Shown here in pieces: positions 62,561 to 64,000 of a stretch of 64,000 nucleotides of DNA; positions within the stretch are counted from its first letter, which is position 1; the number at the start of each line of letters is the position of its first letter. Both the position numbers and the translations under genes were made by a program. The notes beneath the pieces were generated by a model. The model was not told the DNA's origin and made no database searches. It was given only the letters and a program-made list of their open reading frames with translations. Where the stretch lies: positions 6,262,001 through 6,326,000 of the forward strand of contig NC_134468.1 of NCBI RefSeq assembly GCF_964194025.1, given 5' to 3'. Source of the stretch: Convolutriloba macropyga. Taxonomy: Eukaryota.

Positions 62561-63419
62561 AGTCATGCGTGAAATACAGAAATGAAGTAAAGAAAAACTC
62601 GTTCGAAACAAAAACCGCACGCAGATAAAAAGAAATCTAGTAAGTATATTAATCAATATGATTGCCGACCTGGTACCTGACAATAGCCGCGAAATAGATC
62701 ACGCCATGCAAATCAAGAAACCAATAATTCTATAAGAATTTTGTTTCAGTGACATACAGTGAAGGAATCTATACAGTGAAACGACACACATGACCCCAAA
62801 ATGAACAAGTGAAAAAAGCTTTGAGTCTGGACGACTATTATATAGAATGCTGGACAAATTTTTTCAAATACGATAGGCACAAATTATGCAGAAGACGCTC
62901 AAAAGTTGCGGCAGCAACTGCACTTTTGGTAATTGCGGGGACAGAACCAGAGGTTGTAGCACATCTTTGTTTTGTCTCAACGACAAGGATACACAAACTG
63001 AATGCCCTTACTTGCAGCCAATAACGAAAAAGATAAAACAAAAAACAGTCGACGAATTTCTGGAAAAAACCACCGTTGACCCCACTGACCGACGATGAGA
63101 TCGAAGTGACAAAAAGTGTTTCAATTTGGTTCGCCGTCTCATTCGATGCATAAAAAATCATCCTCTAACTTGCAGGACAATGAGCTCAATAATAAAACCA
63201 AATAGCAATTTACGCTAAGGAAATCTGATGCCTTAATACACTAAGTCTGAATTGTCTTAGTGGCAGGGCTCCATTGGATAATCCAGTTTATTTTGATTCT
63301 GCAAGTTGACCTTGAACGCAATTTATCCGGTTTCTTTATATTTTCCTCTTTTGATTTTGACTGTTTTCACTACACAGCGTAATTCAATGCGTGGAAGAAA
63401 TTAAAAACTATTCAGTTGA

Positions 63420-64000
63420 AAAAGCGAGTGAGGTAAGTCAGAAATCAAAATTGGAAGCCGTAATTTAAGTAAAACGAAAAACGTGAACGAAAAATAACGA
63501 ACTAAAAAACATAACAGGACAAGTCCTGAATAAAATTCAAAGAAATTTCATTGACTAAACAAGAAACTAGACCTAGAACGGACTATGGGTGATTTGGAAA
63601 ACCCATTTCCAAAAAAAAAAAACAGATCAAAAAAATTTTTAAAAAAACAATGTAAAAATGCCGCATCCGAACAAAAAACCACTAGAACAAAAGGGAAATT
63701 TGGTTCAAACAAAAAACTAGGCCTAGAATGAACTATCAATGGATAGTGAAAACGCTTTAGAAAAAAAATCGATCCAAAAAACCGAAAAAACAGTAAAAAT
63801 CAGAGTGAAAATGCCGTATACGAACAAAAAACAACTAGAGAGAAAGCAAATTTTTGTTCAAACAGCGTTTTTTCACTCTACTTTAAATTTAGAGCAAAAA
63901 AAATTTCACGCCACAAAACCATTCGCTCTTTAGCTCCACTTCCTGTTTCGGCGTGACCAAAATCACTACTCCAATTTTACTTAAAAAATCATGAAAATGT
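63420..64000 (-). mobile_element. Family X element, partial (runs off the window)
   Basis: GAGTGAGGTAAGTCA, CAGGACAAGTCCTGA and CCTGTTTCGGCGTGACCAAAATC blocks shared with 58860-59640. Confidence 0.7.

Noticed and set aside
62809-63161. Overlapping Cys-containing ORFs as further exons
   Set aside because: No phase-compatible splice sites to the RH gene and no recognisable domain.

Overview
AT-rich, intron-rich animal (invertebrate-type) genomic DNA; the species cannot be identified from the sequence alone. On the + strand lie two tandem paralogous DEG/ENaC (ASIC/ENaC/degenerin superfamily) genes. Gene A has only its last 4 exons in the window (10869-23281). Gene B is apparently complete (10 coding exons, 34020-52252, 886 aa as I splice it). 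The extracellular loop carries an unusual insertion: LDLa + LDLa-like + CUB, then a linker with three basic convertase sites and a Tyr/Asp-rich tract (the LDLa exons are visible only in gene B). On the - strand, convergent with gene B, is the 3' part of a Rubicon-homology (RH) domain gene (PLEKHM/DEF8/Rubicon family). Introns and intergenic DNA are filled with decayed LINEs (three end in (TC)n tails, one has a 2.46-kb internal tandem duplication, one carries a 2A-like DIERNPGP motif), Helentron/DINE-like non-autonomous elements, MITEs and long palindromes. Two signals stand out. (1) The channel architecture, including a conserved octapeptide flanked by basic sites, QG in place of HG and GWS in place of GAS. 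(2) Intron ends that are complementary to each other: the reading frames require GC-AG and apparently GA-AG introns without polypyrimidine tracts, whose 5' and 3' ends can base-pair; the pairing is kept between paralogs with different sequence, and similar pairing appears in introns of the unrelated RH gene. All gene models were derived by hand, with no RNA evidence.
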